Shown: one piece after another, positions 1 through 10,239 of the stretch
Layout of the letters: the number at the start of each line of letters is the position of its first letter
How positions within the stretch are numbered: position 1 is the stretch's first letter
Source of the DNA: Liquorilactobacillus uvarum DSM 19971
GTDB lineage: Bacteria; Bacillota; Bacilli; Lactobacillales; Lactobacillaceae
NCBI RefSeq assembly: GCF_001434935.1
Contig: NZ_AZEG01000014.1
Coordinates: 23,825-47,824, forward strand
DNA: 24,000 nucleotides
Reading direction: 5' to 3'
The notes under the pieces: model-generated
Databases searched by the model: none
Told to the model about the DNA's origin: nothing
Seen by the model: only the letters and a program-made list of their open reading frames with translations
Made by a program: the position numbers and the translations under genes

Positions 1-1
1 T

Positions 2-1717
2 ACTGTTTTGCATGCAGGTGGGAAGTTCGGTCAAGGAGAATACAAAACGTCTGGTGGTCTTCATGGTGTTGGGGCCAGTGTTGTGAATGCACTCTCGTCC
101 AAAATGAGTGTTAACACAGTTCGAGACGGAGTTGAATATGAAGAGGATTTTAAGAATGGCGGTCATCCAGTTGGAACTTTGCGAAAATTAGGAAAAACGC
201 GTAAGCCAACGGGAACACGGGTTACTTTTTACCCTGATCCTGAAATTTTTACAACAACTCATTATAATTACGATACTTTATCAGAAAGATTACGCGAGTC
301 AGCTTTTTTGCTTAAGGGCGTTAAAATAACTCTGACAGACGAACGAACTGATCAAGAAGATATCTTTAAGTTTGATGAAGGCATTAAGGAATTTGTTGCC
401 TATCTAAATGAAGATAAAGACACTTTGGGCAATATTATGTACTTTGACGGTTTTAAAAGTGGTGTTGAAGTTGAAGTTGCTGCACAATACAATGATGGTT
501 ATTCCGAGAATATTATGTCATTTGTCAACAATGTGCGTACTAAGGATGGTGGAACACATGAAGTTGGGATGCGATCAGCTTGGACCAAGGCTTTTAATGA
601 ATATGCACGCAAGGTTGATTTACTTAAAGAAAAAGATAAAAATCTTGAAGGCAGCGATGTTCGAGAAGGCTTGGCTGCAATTATATCTGTCCGTATTCCT
701 GAGGAACTTCTTCAATTTGAAGGGCAAACAAAGGGGAAACTTGGAACCCCCGAAGCGCGATCAATTGTTGATAGTGTAGTTAGTGAACAGCTTGGATTTT
801 ACTTGATGGAGAATGGTGAATTTGCACAGGATCTGGTTCGTAAGTCGCTTAAAGCCAGAGAAGCTCGGGAAGCGGCGCGCAAAGCACGGGATGAGAGTCG
901 CAGTGGAAAAAAGAAGCATAGAAAAGAGCGGCTTCTCTCGGGCAAGCTAACACCCGCCCAGTCTAAAAATGCCAAAAAAAATGAGCTCTTTTTAGTCGAG
1001 GGAGATTCGGCCGGTGGTTCTGCCAAACAAGGTCGTGATCGAAAGTTTCAAGCTATCTTGCCTTTGCGTGGAAAGGTATTGAATACTGAAAAGGCTAAAT
1101 TACCAGAAATTTTGAAAAATGAAGAAATTAATACAATGATATATACGATCGGCGCAGGCGTCGGTACTGATTTCGATATTAAAGATGCAAATTACGATAA
1201 AGTGATTATAATGACCGATGCAGATACTGATGGGGCACACATTCAAACGTTGCTGTTAACATTTTTCTATAAATACATGCGACCGATGATCAACGCAGGA
1301 AAAATTTACATTGCTTTACCTCCCCTGTATAAGTTACAAAAGAAAGTCAAAAACAAAATTGTTGTCAAATATGCTTGGACAGATGATGAGCTGCAATACG
1401 CAGTAGCCAAGATGAAAAAAGGCTATGCACTTCAGCGTTTCAAAGGGTTAGGTGAAATGAATGCTGATCAATTATGGGAAACCACAATGAATCCTGAATC
1501 GCGCACACTGGTACGTGTAAAAATCGAAGACGATGCATTAGCTGAAAAAAGAGTGACAACTTTAATGGGGGATAAAGTTGAACCCCGTCGTAAATGGATC
1601 GAAAAAAATGTTCAATTCACTCTTGAAGAAGACGGTAGCCTATTAGATAATACGGTCGTTGAAGGAGCACATGGAGAGGAAGAAGTAATAGATTCTGACC
1701 AAGGAGATGAAAGCTAA
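2..1717 (+). CDS. parE: DNA topoisomerase IV subunit B, 5' end cut by window edge
   Basis: The frame is open to nt 2, with no start in the window. The translation carries type IIA topoisomerase B-subunit motifs: LHAGGKFG and GLHGVGASVVNALS (GHKL ATPase), ELFLVEGDSAGGSAKQGRDR and IMTDADTDGAHI (Toprim), ALPPLYK, and QRFKGLGEMNADQL. The stop overlaps the start of the A subunit (TAATG at 1715-1719). I call it ParE rather than GyrB because the partner protein is ParC-like. Confidence 0.85.
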   Translation, partial: TVLHAGGKFGQGEYKTSGGLHGVGASVVNALSSKMSVNTVRDGVEYEEDFKNGGHPVGTLRKLGKTRKPTGTRVTFYPDPEIFTTTHYNYDTLSERLRESAFLLKGVKITLTDERTDQEDIFKFDEGIKEFVAYLNEDKDTLGNIMYFDGFKSGVEVEVAAQYNDGYSENIMSFVNNVRTKDGGTHEVGMRSAWTKAFNEYARKVDLLKEKDKNLEGSDVREGLAAIISVRIPEELLQFEGQTKGKLGTPEARSIVDSVVSEQLGFYLMENGEFAQDLVRKSLKAREAREAARKARDESRSGKKKHRKERLLSGKLTPAQSKNAKKNELFLVEGDSAGGSAKQGRDRKFQAILPLRGKVLNTEKAKLPEILKNEEINTMIYTIGAGVGTDFDIKDANYDKVIIMTDADTDGAHIQTLLLTFFYKYMRPMINAGKIYIALPPLYKLQKKVKNKIVVKYAWTDDELQYAVAKMKKGYALQRFKGLGEMNADQLWETTMNPESRTLVRVKIEDDALAEKRVTTLMGDKVEPRRKWIEKNVQFTLEEDGSLLDNTVVEGAHGEEEVIDSDQGDES

Positions 1718-4176
1718 TGGTTGATAACTCGGGAGAAAATAGTAATATTCAAGAATTGTCGCTTGAAGCGGTCATGGGAGAGCGTTTCGGAAGATATTCA
1801 AAGTATATTATTCAAGAGAGAGCCTTACCTGACATTCGTGATGGACTAAAACCTGTTCAACGCCGTATTTTATATGCTATGAACCAAGATGGAAATACAT
1901 ACGACAAGGCTTTTCGTAAATCAGCTAAGTCCGTCGGAAATGTAATGGGTAATTTTCATCCCCATGGAGATAGTTCGATTTATGAAGCCATGGTTCGTTT
2001 GAGTCAATCATGGAAACTGCGTGAGCCTTTGATTGAAATGCATGGGAACAACGGGTCAATGGATGGTGACCCGCCAGCTGCTATGAGGTACACTGAAGCG
2101 CGTTTGAGCAAGATCTCAGGTGAGATGTTGAATGACATCGAAAAGGAAACAGTTGATTTTGTTCCTAATTTCGATGATACAGAAAATGAACCGACTGTTT
2201 TACCAGCGCGTTTCCCCAATCTGCTTGTGAATGGTGCAACGGGAATTTCAGCGGGATATGCTACAGAGATTCCGCCACACAATCTTCATGAAGCAATTCA
2301 GGCAGTAATCTATCTTATGGAGCATCCTAAAGCTAAGCTTGATAAGCTAATGGAGTTTGTTAAAGGACCGGATTTCCCAACGGGAGGAATTGCCCAAGGA
2401 ATTGACGGAATTATCAAAGCTTATACTACTGGTCGTGGACGAGTTATGCTGCGTTCCAAAACTGAAATTGAACAGTTAAAGGCAAATAAAGAACAGATTA
2501 TCGTTACTGAGATACCATATGAAGTCAATAAAGCTTTGCTGGTCAAAAAAATTGACGAAATTAGGCTATTAAAAAAAGTTGAGGGAATAGCTGAAGTAAG
2601 GGATGAAAGTGATCGTGAAGGGCTGCGGATTGTTATTGAGCTTAAACGAAATGCTTCAGGTCAAGGAATTCTAAATTATTTATTCAAGAATACAGATTTA
2701 CAGATATCATATAATTTCAATATGGTCGCAATAAACAATAAACGTCCGGAGCATGTTGGACTTAAGGCAATATTGAGTGCTTATTTAGAACATCAGAGAA
2801 CGGTCACTACTAAACGTACTAAATTTGATCTTAGAAAAGCACAAGAAAGAAAACATATTGTTAGTGGCTTGATTAAGGCGTTGTCTATTTTAGATCAAGT
2901 TATTAAAACGATTCGTGCCAGCAAAAATAAAAAAGACGCAAAAGATAATTTAGTTGAGCAGTATAGCTTCACCGAAGCACAAGCGGAAGCAATTGTTTCT
3001 TTACAACTGTATCGTTTAACTAACACTGATGTAACGGCGCTTCAAGCAGAATTTGATGAACTGCAGCAAAAGGTGCAAAATTATCAGGCGATTTTGGCAG
3101 ATCCAAGCATGCTTGATAGGGTTATAAAAAAAGAATTGCGTATTATTGACAAAAAATATACCTCACCGCGGAAAACGATTATTCAAGATCAAGTTCAACA
3201 ACTTAAAATTGAAACTGAAGTTCTCATTGCACCAGAGGATGTTGTGGTAATGGTAAGTCGAGACGGTTATTTAAAGAGGAGTTCGCTGAGATCATTTAAA
3301 GCATCCGGAAAAGATGATAATGGCTTGAAAAGTGATGACTTAGTAATTTTTCAGGACATAGTCAATACACTTGACCATCTCTTTATATTCACAGATAAGG
3401 GGAATGTTATCTATCGGCCAATACATGAGATTCCAGAGTACAAGTGGAAAGAAACGGGAAAACATTTATCACAAACAGTCAGCATGGATAAAAATGAAAA
3501 AATTATTCAGGCCTTTAGTTTTCATGATCTCAAACAAAAAGGAAATTTCATTTTTGCTTCTAAAGAAGGGTTCATCAAGCAGACAGCTTTGACTGATCTG
3601 CAGCCAGGACGAACTTATAAGAGCAGAGCTGCTCAATGTATGAAACTTAAAACAGATAGTGATCGTCTACTTATGATAAATTATCTTCCTGAAGATACTA
3701 AAAATGATTTACTATTTGTTCTAGCAATAACGCATGGCGGATATGGGCTCAGATACAAGTTAAATGAAGTGCCAGTTAATGGTTCTAAGGCAGCTGGTGT
3801 CAAAGCAATTGATCTTCGTGAAGATGTATTAGCTTCGGTTATTCTTGTTCAGGAAAAAACGCAGGTTGGTATTTTAACTCAACGTGGAGCGTTTAAGAGA
3901 ATGAAGGTTTCTGAGATAACACCAACTGCTCGTGCAAGGCGCGGAGTTCAGATATTGAGAGAACTTAAACGGAGTCCTCATCGTGTCGTTCTGGTGAAGG
4001 CTTTGAAAAATGGTGGAAAACTTAGAGTTACAACAGAAAAAATGAAGACAATTACGATTGATCCGTTCGAACATCCTAATGTAGACCGTTATTCAAATGG
4101 TTCTTTTGTCATCGATGTCGAAGAATTCGGTATTCCAATATGGGCTGAGATCATTGAAACGCAACAAAAGGATTAA
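1717..4176 (+). CDS. parC: DNA topoisomerase IV subunit A
   Basis: 819 aa. Motifs: [19 protein letters not shown]; the [27 protein letters not shown] (ParC-style SQxWKxRE context); catalytic Tyr in [11 protein letters not shown] see no QRRGGKG-type GyrA box in the C-terminal domain. Translationally coupled to parE. Confidence 0.85.
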   Translation: MVDNSGENSNIQELSLEAVMGERFGRYSKYIIQERALPDIRDGLKPVQRRILYAMNQDGNTYDKAFRKSAKSVGNVMGNFHPHGDSSIYEAMVRLSQSWKLREPLIEMHGNNGSMDGDPPAAMRYTEARLSKISGEMLNDIEKETVDFVPNFDDTENEPTVLPARFPNLLVNGATGISAGYATEIPPHNLHEAIQAVIYLMEHPKAKLDKLMEFVKGPDFPTGGIAQGIDGIIKAYTTGRGRVMLRSKTEIEQLKANKEQIIVTEIPYEVNKALLVKKIDEIRLLKKVEGIAEVRDESDREGLRIVIELKRNASGQGILNYLFKNTDLQISYNFNMVAINNKRPEHVGLKAILSAYLEHQRTVTTKRTKFDLRKAQERKHIVSGLIKALSILDQVIKTIRASKNKKDAKDNLVEQYSFTEAQAEAIVSLQLYRLTNTDVTALQAEFDELQQKVQNYQAILADPSMLDRVIKKELRIIDKKYTSPRKTIIQDQVQQLKIETEVLIAPEDVVVMVSRDGYLKRSSLRSFKASGKDDNGLKSDDLVIFQDIVNTLDHLFIFTDKGNVIYRPIHEIPEYKWKETGKHLSQTVSMDKNEKIIQAFSFHDLKQKGNFIFASKEGFIKQTALTDLQPGRTYKSRAAQCMKLKTDSDRLLMINYLPEDTKNDLLFVLAITHGGYGLRYKLNEVPVNGSKAAGVKAIDLREDVLASVILVQEKTQVGILTQRGAFKRMKVSEITPTARARRGVQILRELKRSPHRVVLVKALKNGGKLRVTTEKMKTITIDPFEHPNVDRYSNGSFVIDVEEFGIPIWAEIIETQQKD

Positions 4177-4216
4177 ATAACTGTGCATATTAAACTGAGA
4201 TATCAGCGGTTAGGAA

Positions 4217-4281
4217 ATATTTAGAAAGAATAAAGCTGCAGCAAATTAAAATTTTGCCGCAGCTTTATTCTTTCTAAATAT
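4217..4281. terminator. Long hairpin between convergent parC and rqcH, likely a bidirectional terminator
   Basis: Arms 4217-4245 and 4253-4281 are complementary over 29 bp with one mismatch (core: atttagaaagaataaagctgcagcaaa / tttgccgcagctttattctttctaaat). It lies in the 133-nt gap between two converging stop codons. The flanks are A/T-rich. Confidence 0.6.
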
Positions 4282-4309
4282 AATATAATTATAATGTTTT
4301 GATTTAAAG

Positions 4310-6016
4310 TTATTTTTTCAAAGAATCGACTAATTGTCTTTGAGGGGTTACAAAAAGTGTTTTTTGTCCTTCATAAATAACAAAACCGGGTCTTGCACCA
4401 TTGGGTTTGCGTATTTTTTTAACTTGAACATAGTCTACCGGTACAGTTGCAGAAGTTCGCGATTTAGAGAAATAGGCGGCTAAGTTAGCTGCCTCAAGCA
4501 ACGTTTGCTGGCTCGGATCATTTGAGTAGATAATGACATGAGATCCGGGGATGTTTTTAGCATGCAACCAAATATAATTTTTATGTGCAGTTTTCAAAGT
4601 TAAACGATCATTTTGAAGATTGTTTTTCCCAACAGCTATTTTTGTGTTGTCACTAGAAAAATACGTAGCCGGTTGGCTGATTTTATCTTTGCGTACTTTC
4701 CCGTGCTTTGTGCGTTTTTGAGCTTTAAGATAACCTTGCTGTTGTAGTTCAATTTTAATATCTGGGAGATCTTGAGGCTCTGCAAGTTCGATTTGGGTTT
4801 GCAATTCTTCGAGATAATTAATTTCTGATTGTGTCAAACCAATCTGCTGCTTAAGAAAAGATACCGCATTTTTAAGCTTTTGATATTTTTTAAAGTATTT
4901 TTGAGCATTTTGGGAAGGTGATAATTGGTTAGACAGGGAAATTTTGACTAGCTTATCTTCTTCATAGTAATTTGGTAATTCTATTGAGGTCATCCCGCGT
5001 TTTATCTGAAAAAGATAGGTCGTAAGCAATTCACCTTTAACACGATATTGGTCGGCCTTACCAGTTGAACTCAACTCTTTTTTTAACTTTTTGAGCTTTT
5101 TACGATTTTTCTGCAAATTATTTTTGATGACATGAATCAATTGACTTCCTTGTTGTTGAACTCGATCAGAAGTCGCTTTATCTCGGTAAAAAATATCTAA
5201 TAGTTCGCTTAAAGTTGAAAATGTTTTCTTAGTCCTCTCAGCAGAGTAGGCAAAACAAGTAAAAAAGGTTTTTTTACCATCAATAAGACTGGGAGTAGGG
5301 TTGGTTGTCTGATGCAAAACATTCTGCCATCCGAATTCAGGATCCTTGGCATAAGCATGCAATTGTTCGGCAAGGTACAATGCATGTTCTTTTGCAATTC
5401 CCTGGTAAGCTTTGCTTAATTGGCCTGCAAGTACCTCTTGGTTTGGATAGTCCTTGATCAGATTTAAGTAGTATTCCGTATCATCTGTAAATGGATCTAG
5501 ACGTTCTTGTTTTGGAGGTCTATTGTATGTTGCGTTTGGTAAAAGCGTCCGAAAACGATTTTGATCAGGACCTATATGCTTGATTGTATCAATAATTAAA
5601 TTTCGAGATGGATCAATCAAAATAACATTGCTGTAACGACCCATGATTTCAATACTTAAGACCAAAGGCAGTCTGTCACCAAGTTCATTTCGTGTCTCAA
5701 AACTTAAGTAAACTACACGATCATTTTCAAGCTGTTCGACTTTAGTTAACTTTGCTCCTTCGAGATATTTCCGGAGAGCCATTGTAAAATTAGTTGGAAC
5801 AGGAGGGTTCTTATATGGCATATCTGATATTTGAATGCGTGCATAGTTCGGATGTGCTGATAAAAGCAATGGGAAATTATGCCGCTGAGCTCGAACGGTA
5901 ACTATCACTTCATTAGGAAAAGGCTGTGAAATACGACCGACTCTTCCAGAAACCAGTTTTTGGAGCTCATGAACCATGGCATGCGTAAATAAACCATCAA
6001 ATGGCATGGAGACCAA
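4310..6016 (-). CDS. rqcH: RqcH/Rqc2-family ribosome quality-control protein (NFACT; formerly annotated fibronectin-binding protein A / YloA)
   Basis: 568 aa. N-terminus is MPFDGLFTHAMVHEL, the middle is coiled-coil-like, and the C-terminus carries NYIWLHAKNIPGSHVIIYS (NFACT-R/DUF814-type motif). The ORF-track start at 6016 is a TTG. The ATG at 6007 (MPFDG...) is an equally plausible start. Confidence 0.8.
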   Translation of the reverse strand: MVSMPFDGLFTHAMVHELQKLVSGRVGRISQPFPNEVIVTVRAQRHNFPLLLSAHPNYARIQISDMPYKNPPVPTNFTMALRKYLEGAKLTKVEQLENDRVVYLSFETRNELGDRLPLVLSIEIMGRYSNVILIDPSRNLIIDTIKHIGPDQNRFRTLLPNATYNRPPKQERLDPFTDDTEYYLNLIKDYPNQEVLAGQLSKAYQGIAKEHALYLAEQLHAYAKDPEFGWQNVLHQTTNPTPSLIDGKKTFFTCFAYSAERTKKTFSTLSELLDIFYRDKATSDRVQQQGSQLIHVIKNNLQKNRKKLKKLKKELSSTGKADQYRVKGELLTTYLFQIKRGMTSIELPNYYEEDKLVKISLSNQLSPSQNAQKYFKKYQKLKNAVSFLKQQIGLTQSEINYLEELQTQIELAEPQDLPDIKIELQQQGYLKAQKRTKHGKVRKDKISQPATYFSSDNTKIAVGKNNLQNDRLTLKTAHKNYIWLHAKNIPGSHVIIYSNDPSQQTLLEAANLAAYFSKSRTSATVPVDYVQVKKIRKPNGARPGFVIYEGQKTLFVTPQRQLVDSLKK

Positions 6017-6187
6017 CTCGCTTTCTTAACAATTATGGTGCTGATATTCCTTATTTGCTGTTTATAATTGTACCTTTTATGCAGAAAAAGCGCAAAAAGG
6101 CAACTAAAGTATAGTTTGATAGTGCAATTAAAGTTTTTATGTTGCGCTTGAAGTTTAAATATAACATAATGACTTTGTAGATTAAAT

Positions 6188-6213
6188 TTGCATATTGCAT
6201 ATTAGAGCAATAT
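6188..6213. promoter_or_regulatory. Candidate MarR operator (tandem TTGCATA x2 plus 7-bp inverted repeat)
   Basis: TTGCATA occurs at 6188-6194 and again at 6195-6201. ATATTGC (6192-6198) is the inverted complement of GCAATAT (6207-6213). The site lies directly upstream of the marR-family RBS (6222-6228) in the divergent rqcH/marR intergenic region. Position and symmetry are the only evidence. Confidence 0.25.
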
Positions 6214-6236
6214 ACCTATTTGAGGAGGTAATGAGT

Positions 6237-6659
6237 ATGCGGTCATCTTTGGACAGTCTATTGATACTCGAAAGAAAATATCACAATATTTTAGCTGAGG
6301 TTGCTAAGCAACAAGACTTAACAATTGCAGAGTGGCAATTACTTATTAAAATAAACAATGGATTACAGACACAGGAACAACTTGCCCATACAACGAAACT
6401 TAATATTTCAACCCTAAGTCGACAATTGGCCCGTTTGGACGCAAAAAAGTTTATTACTAAGATGCAAACTAATGGAACACGTGGAAGGGGATACTTTACA
6501 TATTCAGGGACGGAAAAGGGTGAAGAAGCTGTGCAAAAAATGCAAAGTTCTCTTAAAACTTTAGAACAAAAGCTTTTTATGCGCTGGTCTGATGAAGAGA
6601 CCACGTTGTTACAAGTACTGTTAAATAGATTGGTTCAAAGTATGAAGAGGTTTGATTAA
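6237..6659 (+). CDS. MarR-family winged-helix transcriptional regulator
   Basis: ~140 aa. MarR-like wHTH stretch: LTIAEWQLLIKINNGLQTQEQLAHTTKLNISTLSRQLARLDAKKFITK. GAGGAGG at 6222-6228 lies 8 nt before the ATG at 6237. The ORF-track start at 6195 has no RBS and would add 14 unlikely residues. Confidence 0.75.
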   Translation: MRSSLDSLLILERKYHNILAEVAKQQDLTIAEWQLLIKINNGLQTQEQLAHTTKLNISTLSRQLARLDAKKFITKMQTNGTRGRGYFTYSGTEKGEEAVQKMQSSLKTLEQKLFMRWSDEETTLLQVLLNRLVQSMKRFD

Positions 6660-6750
6660 GTTGCCCACAACATAAGTATGCTGGATGAAAAAAATATTTT
6701 GTGTTATGATTACATTCGTAAGAATTTCCCAAAAAGTAGGTGTAGGATTC

Positions 6751-7614
6751 ATGAAAATTGCTGTTGTTACCGACAGTACCGCTTATTTAACGGATAAGCA
6801 GATCAACGATTACAATGTTCACGTAGTTCCAATACCTGTGATTATAGATAAGAGGGTTTATAAAGAAGGTATAGATATCTCTACTGAGGATTTCTACCGT
6901 AAACTCAAAACAGCTGATTCTTTTCCAAGCACATCGCAGCCGCCTATAGGCGAGCTAATTTCTTTATATGAGTCTTTGGGCGATCAAGGCTATGACGCAG
7001 TGATAAGTATTCATTTGTCCAGTACGATTTCAGGATTTGTTCAAACATTGACAAACATTGCTGGAGAGATTCATAATGTTAAAGTGGTTCCATTTGATTC
7101 TCAAATCACGGTCATGTTAATGGGAAATATGGTAATTGCAGCAGCACGAATGGCCCTAGCAGGTGCTAGTGTCGATGAAATCTTGGTAAAATTGAGAGAA
7201 TTACGAGCTACGACCAATGAGTATTTTATTGTCGATGATTTGCAGAATCTTGTTCGTGGAGGTCGTTTGTCTAATGCATCGGCCTTTATCGGGAGTGTTT
7301 TGAAGATAAAGCCATTGTTGACCTTTGATCGCGAAACTCATAGAATTGTTGCTTTTGATAAAGTTCGTTCTACAAAAAAAGCAATTAAGCGTGTTGAAAA
7401 GCTTTTTGCACAAGAGTGTGAGAAAATTGATTATCCGCTTCGTTTAATCATTATTCATGCAAACAATGAAGAAGCAGCCACTGCTTGGAAAAATGAACTA
7501 TCAAAACAATATCCGGATTTTCCGATTGATATTAGTTATTTTGGTCCTGTCATTGGTACGCATTTGGGTGAAAAAGCCCTTGCGCTGGCGTGGATGAAGG
7601 ATATTGAAAAATAA
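6751..7614 (+). CDS. DegV-family fatty-acid-binding protein
   Basis: 287 aa from the ATG at 6751 (MKIAVVTDSTAYL, the typical DegV N-terminus). Also PSTSQPPIGE, ISIHLSSTISG and VRGGRLS. The ORF-track start at 6685 adds a 22-aa hydrophobic extension not typical of the family. Confidence 0.85.
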   Translation: MKIAVVTDSTAYLTDKQINDYNVHVVPIPVIIDKRVYKEGIDISTEDFYRKLKTADSFPSTSQPPIGELISLYESLGDQGYDAVISIHLSSTISGFVQTLTNIAGEIHNVKVVPFDSQITVMLMGNMVIAAARMALAGASVDEILVKLRELRATTNEYFIVDDLQNLVRGGRLSNASAFIGSVLKIKPLLTFDRETHRIVAFDKVRSTKKAIKRVEKLFAQECEKIDYPLRLIIIHANNEEAATAWKNELSKQYPDFPIDISYFGPVIGTHLGEKALALAWMKDIEK

Positions 7615-7635
7615 GAAGAGCAATAATTTGATTTT

Positions 7636-7672
7636 AGAGACTGAAGGGCTAATAGCAGCAGTCTCTTTTTTG
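7636..7672 (+). terminator. Rho-independent terminator after degV
   Basis: Stem agagactg (7636-7643) pairs with cagtctct (7659-7666), followed by a T6 run. Confidence 0.7.
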
Positions 7673-7723
7673 TATTTGTATATGTTGGAAAAGATAATTA
7701 TAATTTTTAAGGAGAATTAATAG

Positions 7724-8560
7724 ATGAACAGCATTATAAAACCGTTATTGGGACTTAAAGCTGGGACAGAAGCTAATCAAGTCAATGATCGTTTGAAGTA
7801 TTCCCCAGACGTTTTTGAGTTTTTTACAAATGAAAATGATTTTACCCCCGAAGGTCTGAAAAGGTTGGAATATGATATACAATGGGTCAAAGCAGATGCA
7901 ACATCTAAGATTATACTTCATCATCCGATGCGTTATAGGAATGAATTTACTGAACTCGTAGCACCTGAAAATGTGTTTCCCGAATTACGCAAGTTTATTT
8001 ATCAGAGTACAGAAAATCTTTTGCAGTTTGCTTTTGATTACAATATTCAGGTGTTAGTACATGGTTCATATGCACGACATACACAATTTTTTATTGATAT
8101 GTATCCAAACCTAGAAGATGCACGTCAATCTGTATTTAAACAGTTAGATAGATTGGCAAAATTGGGACAGGAGCATATCATGTTCGAAAATTCGATTTCA
8201 CCGATTTTTTATTATGGAGACAAGCATGAAGAAGATGATATCTTAGAACGAGGATATCGCTTAGCTTTTGACACGAGCCACTGTTTTATTAAATGTAAAG
8301 GAGATAATAGGCTGCTACAGAAGTCGCTTATGCATTTAAAGAGTCAGGTGGTTCATTATCATTTGGTCGATTCGATGGGTAAAAAGCATGATAGTCTAAC
8401 TCTGGGTCAGGGGAAAATAGACTGGAGAAAAATATTGCCTTTGCTCAATTCAAAAGCAACAAGTATTTATGAAATAAATTTGAGCAACCAAGAAGATGCA
8501 AAAGAACAAGTTGAAAGTCATGAATATTTAAGTAGTATTTATTCCGATGGATGTAAGTAA
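7724..8560 (+). CDS. Xylose-isomerase-like TIM-barrel protein (AP-endonuclease-2 superfamily; sugar phosphate isomerase/epimerase-like)
   Basis: 278 aa with a strong RBS (AAGGAGAA, 7 nt before the ATG). A spaced set of metal-ligand-like motifs fits this superfamily: ILHHP, VLVHGSY, IMFENS, AFDTSH, HYHLVD, IYEINL. The assignment rests on motif pattern only. Confidence 0.5.
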   Translation: MNSIIKPLLGLKAGTEANQVNDRLKYSPDVFEFFTNENDFTPEGLKRLEYDIQWVKADATSKIILHHPMRYRNEFTELVAPENVFPELRKFIYQSTENLLQFAFDYNIQVLVHGSYARHTQFFIDMYPNLEDARQSVFKQLDRLAKLGQEHIMFENSISPIFYYGDKHEEDDILERGYRLAFDTSHCFIKCKGDNRLLQKSLMHLKSQVVHYHLVDSMGKKHDSLTLGQGKIDWRKILPLLNSKATSIYEINLSNQEDAKEQVESHEYLSSIYSDGCK

Positions 8561-8731
8561 GGATCAACAACTAAGAAATAAATTTAAAATTGGTTTAAAA
8601 AGCTGTGTGTGTGCTTTGTTTTACTGTTTCTAAATTGAACCGTGGGTTACAATAAATACCGGAATCAACTTTAGTATTTATTTTGAGGCTATAGTTTATA
8701 TTATGTATATGGTCTGCTACGAGTTTAAGGG

Positions 8732-9148
8732 ATGGTGAATTTGAACAAATTTTTAAATATTTGTGTTGGAACTTTAGGAACTTTGTATGTTCTTAATGAT
8801 ATATTCTTTAAAATAATGATCAAGCTCTATCGTCGACAAGGATACACATTCCAGACTGCAGATAAAATTGCCAGTAATGTGAACTTTTTTTCTATTGTAG
8901 TTGTAATGACAATTCTTTTAGTTTTAATCGGTATTTTATCAATAATTGGTAACATGATTTTATTTGCTCGCAGCAACTTTCTTTTGAGAGTCTCCATGAA
9001 TATTACCAATATATTGATGCCTTTTTTATATGTTAATAGAATTTGGTTTATTTTTTACGAGCTTCTTTCATGCGGGCTATTCCTTGTTTACCTATATACA
9101 CTGAGTGTTAGGCGCAGCAACAAGAATATCGAATTCGATCTTTTTTAA
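8732..9148 (+). CDS. Small polytopic membrane protein, unknown function
   Basis: 138 aa with about four hydrophobic segments (e.g. FFSIVVVMTILLVLIGILSIIGNMILF). The start is uncertain: ATG 8732, GTG 8735 or TTG 8741 all follow AAGGG at 8727-8731. Confidence 0.5.
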   Translation: MVNLNKFLNICVGTLGTLYVLNDIFFKIMIKLYRRQGYTFQTADKIASNVNFFSIVVVMTILLVLIGILSIIGNMILFARSNFLLRVSMNITNILMPFLYVNRIWFIFYELLSCGLFLVYLYTLSVRRSNKNIEFDLF

Positions 9149-9193
9149 TAACGGATATCTTATCCCAGAGAGAGTTTGATGAATTAAGGTTTA

Positions 9194-9231
9194 TTGATTA
9201 AATAGTATTACAATGTATAGTATCACAATGT
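9194..9231 (+). promoter_or_regulatory. Candidate sigma-A promoter of lepB overlapped by a tandem 14-mer
   Basis: TTGATT (9194-9199), a 16-nt spacer, then TATAGT (9216-9221). TAGTATTACAATGT (9203-9216) and TAGTATCACAATGT (9218-9231) form a direct repeat with one mismatch and a 15-nt period. Confidence 0.35.
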
Positions 9232-9278
9232 TATGTTAAGATTAAGATAAAATAAGTTTTAAGTTTGAAGGAGAAAAA

Positions 9279-9875
9279 ATGAAAGCTTTTAAAGAAATAA
9301 TGAGTTGGATTATTCCGGTACTTATTGGATTGGTGATTGCATTGCTTGTAAAACAATTTTTCTTTTCATTAGTAAGAGTTGATGGAACGTCAATGTATCC
9401 TAATCTTCAAAATAATGAACGTGTGATGATGTTGAAACAGGCTAAAATTAAGCGCAATACGGTGATTGTTTTTAATGCACACGGAGTCGATAAAAATTCA
9501 CCTTCAGTTACGGAAAGTACTAAATATGTTAAGCGTGTTATCGGATTGCCTGGTGACAAGATTGAGTACCGTAATGATGGTCGTGTTTTTGTAAACGGTC
9601 AAGAGCAGTCTCAGAGCTATATAACAGCTTCACAACGCCGAGAGGGTACTCTGATGCTCAGTTCCAGCTTATCTGAAGCTCCAGGTGTAACTTTGGGGAC
9701 TGGAAAAACTTTTACAGTCCCTGAAGGTAAGTACTTTGTACTTGGTGATAATCGTAAAAATTCTAATGACAGTAGATATTATGGTTTTGTTCCAAAGAGT
9801 AAAGTTGATGGTGTTGTCAAAGTAACATTTTGGAATGCCAAAAGTAATGTAATTAACTCGTATGGTAAAAAATAG
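9279..9875 (+). CDS. lepB: Signal peptidase I
   Basis: 198 aa with an N-terminal TM helix. Catalytic Ser box VDGTSMYPNL, Lys box YVKRVIGLPGD, and box E GDNRKNSNDSRYYGFV. RBS GAAGGAG lies upstream of the ATG. Confidence 0.88.
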   Translation: MKAFKEIMSWIIPVLIGLVIALLVKQFFFSLVRVDGTSMYPNLQNNERVMMLKQAKIKRNTVIVFNAHGVDKNSPSVTESTKYVKRVIGLPGDKIEYRNDGRVFVNGQEQSQSYITASQRREGTLMLSSSLSEAPGVTLGTGKTFTVPEGKYFVLGDNRKNSNDSRYYGFVPKSKVDGVVKVTFWNAKSNVINSYGKK

Positions 9876-10239
9876 TAAGACAAAAGAAATGTTAGGTTGA
9901 TTTGTATCGTCGTATAAATAAAATTTTATTTTTTAATGAGCACCAGTGACAGTTTTTCATTAAAATGGTTGAATTATCATAAATTGTGTCAATTGAGTTG
10001 AGATTATAAGATAAAATAAAGAGTAAGCACTTATTCTTTATTATCACTACTTTCGATAATATATATTATGTAAACTAGAAAAATAAGAGAATTTGTCAAG
10101 TCCGAATTTTAATCTAACCCCTCACTTATTTTTATGCATCGCTGAAAGTGCTGTTAAAACAGCGCTTTAACGCATAAAAAACAAAAAAATAAATTTGAAA
10201 AAGAAAAATAAATTCAAAAAAATTGCAAAAAATCAGTAG

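Noticed and set aside
1960-2010. Possible quinolone-resistance substitutions in the ParC QRDR
   Set aside because: The motif reads GDSSIYEAM, with Ser and Glu at the usual hotspot positions, i.e. a wild-type pattern. Nothing to report.
408-4074. Short ORFs nested in or antisense to parE/parC (408-779, 799-1026, 2004-2282, 3371-3592, 3874-4074)
   Set aside because: All lie entirely inside long, motif-rich topoisomerase genes in other frames. Their translations are low-complexity or Cys/Leu-rich with no RBS. They are shadow ORFs.
2-4176. Alternative call of gyrB/gyrA for the two topoisomerase genes
   Set aside because: The A subunit has no GyrA box (QRRGGKG-like) and shows the ParC-style [23 protein letters not shown] context. 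The flanking genes are not the dnaA/dnaN/recF neighbourhood, which would lie upstream of the window. The call remains an inference without alignment.
10129-10181. Hairpin as the lepB or IS30 transcription terminator
   Set aside because: The T-run is 5' and the A-run 3' of the stem on both strands, which is the wrong polarity for an intrinsic terminator. I kept it only as a palindrome observation.
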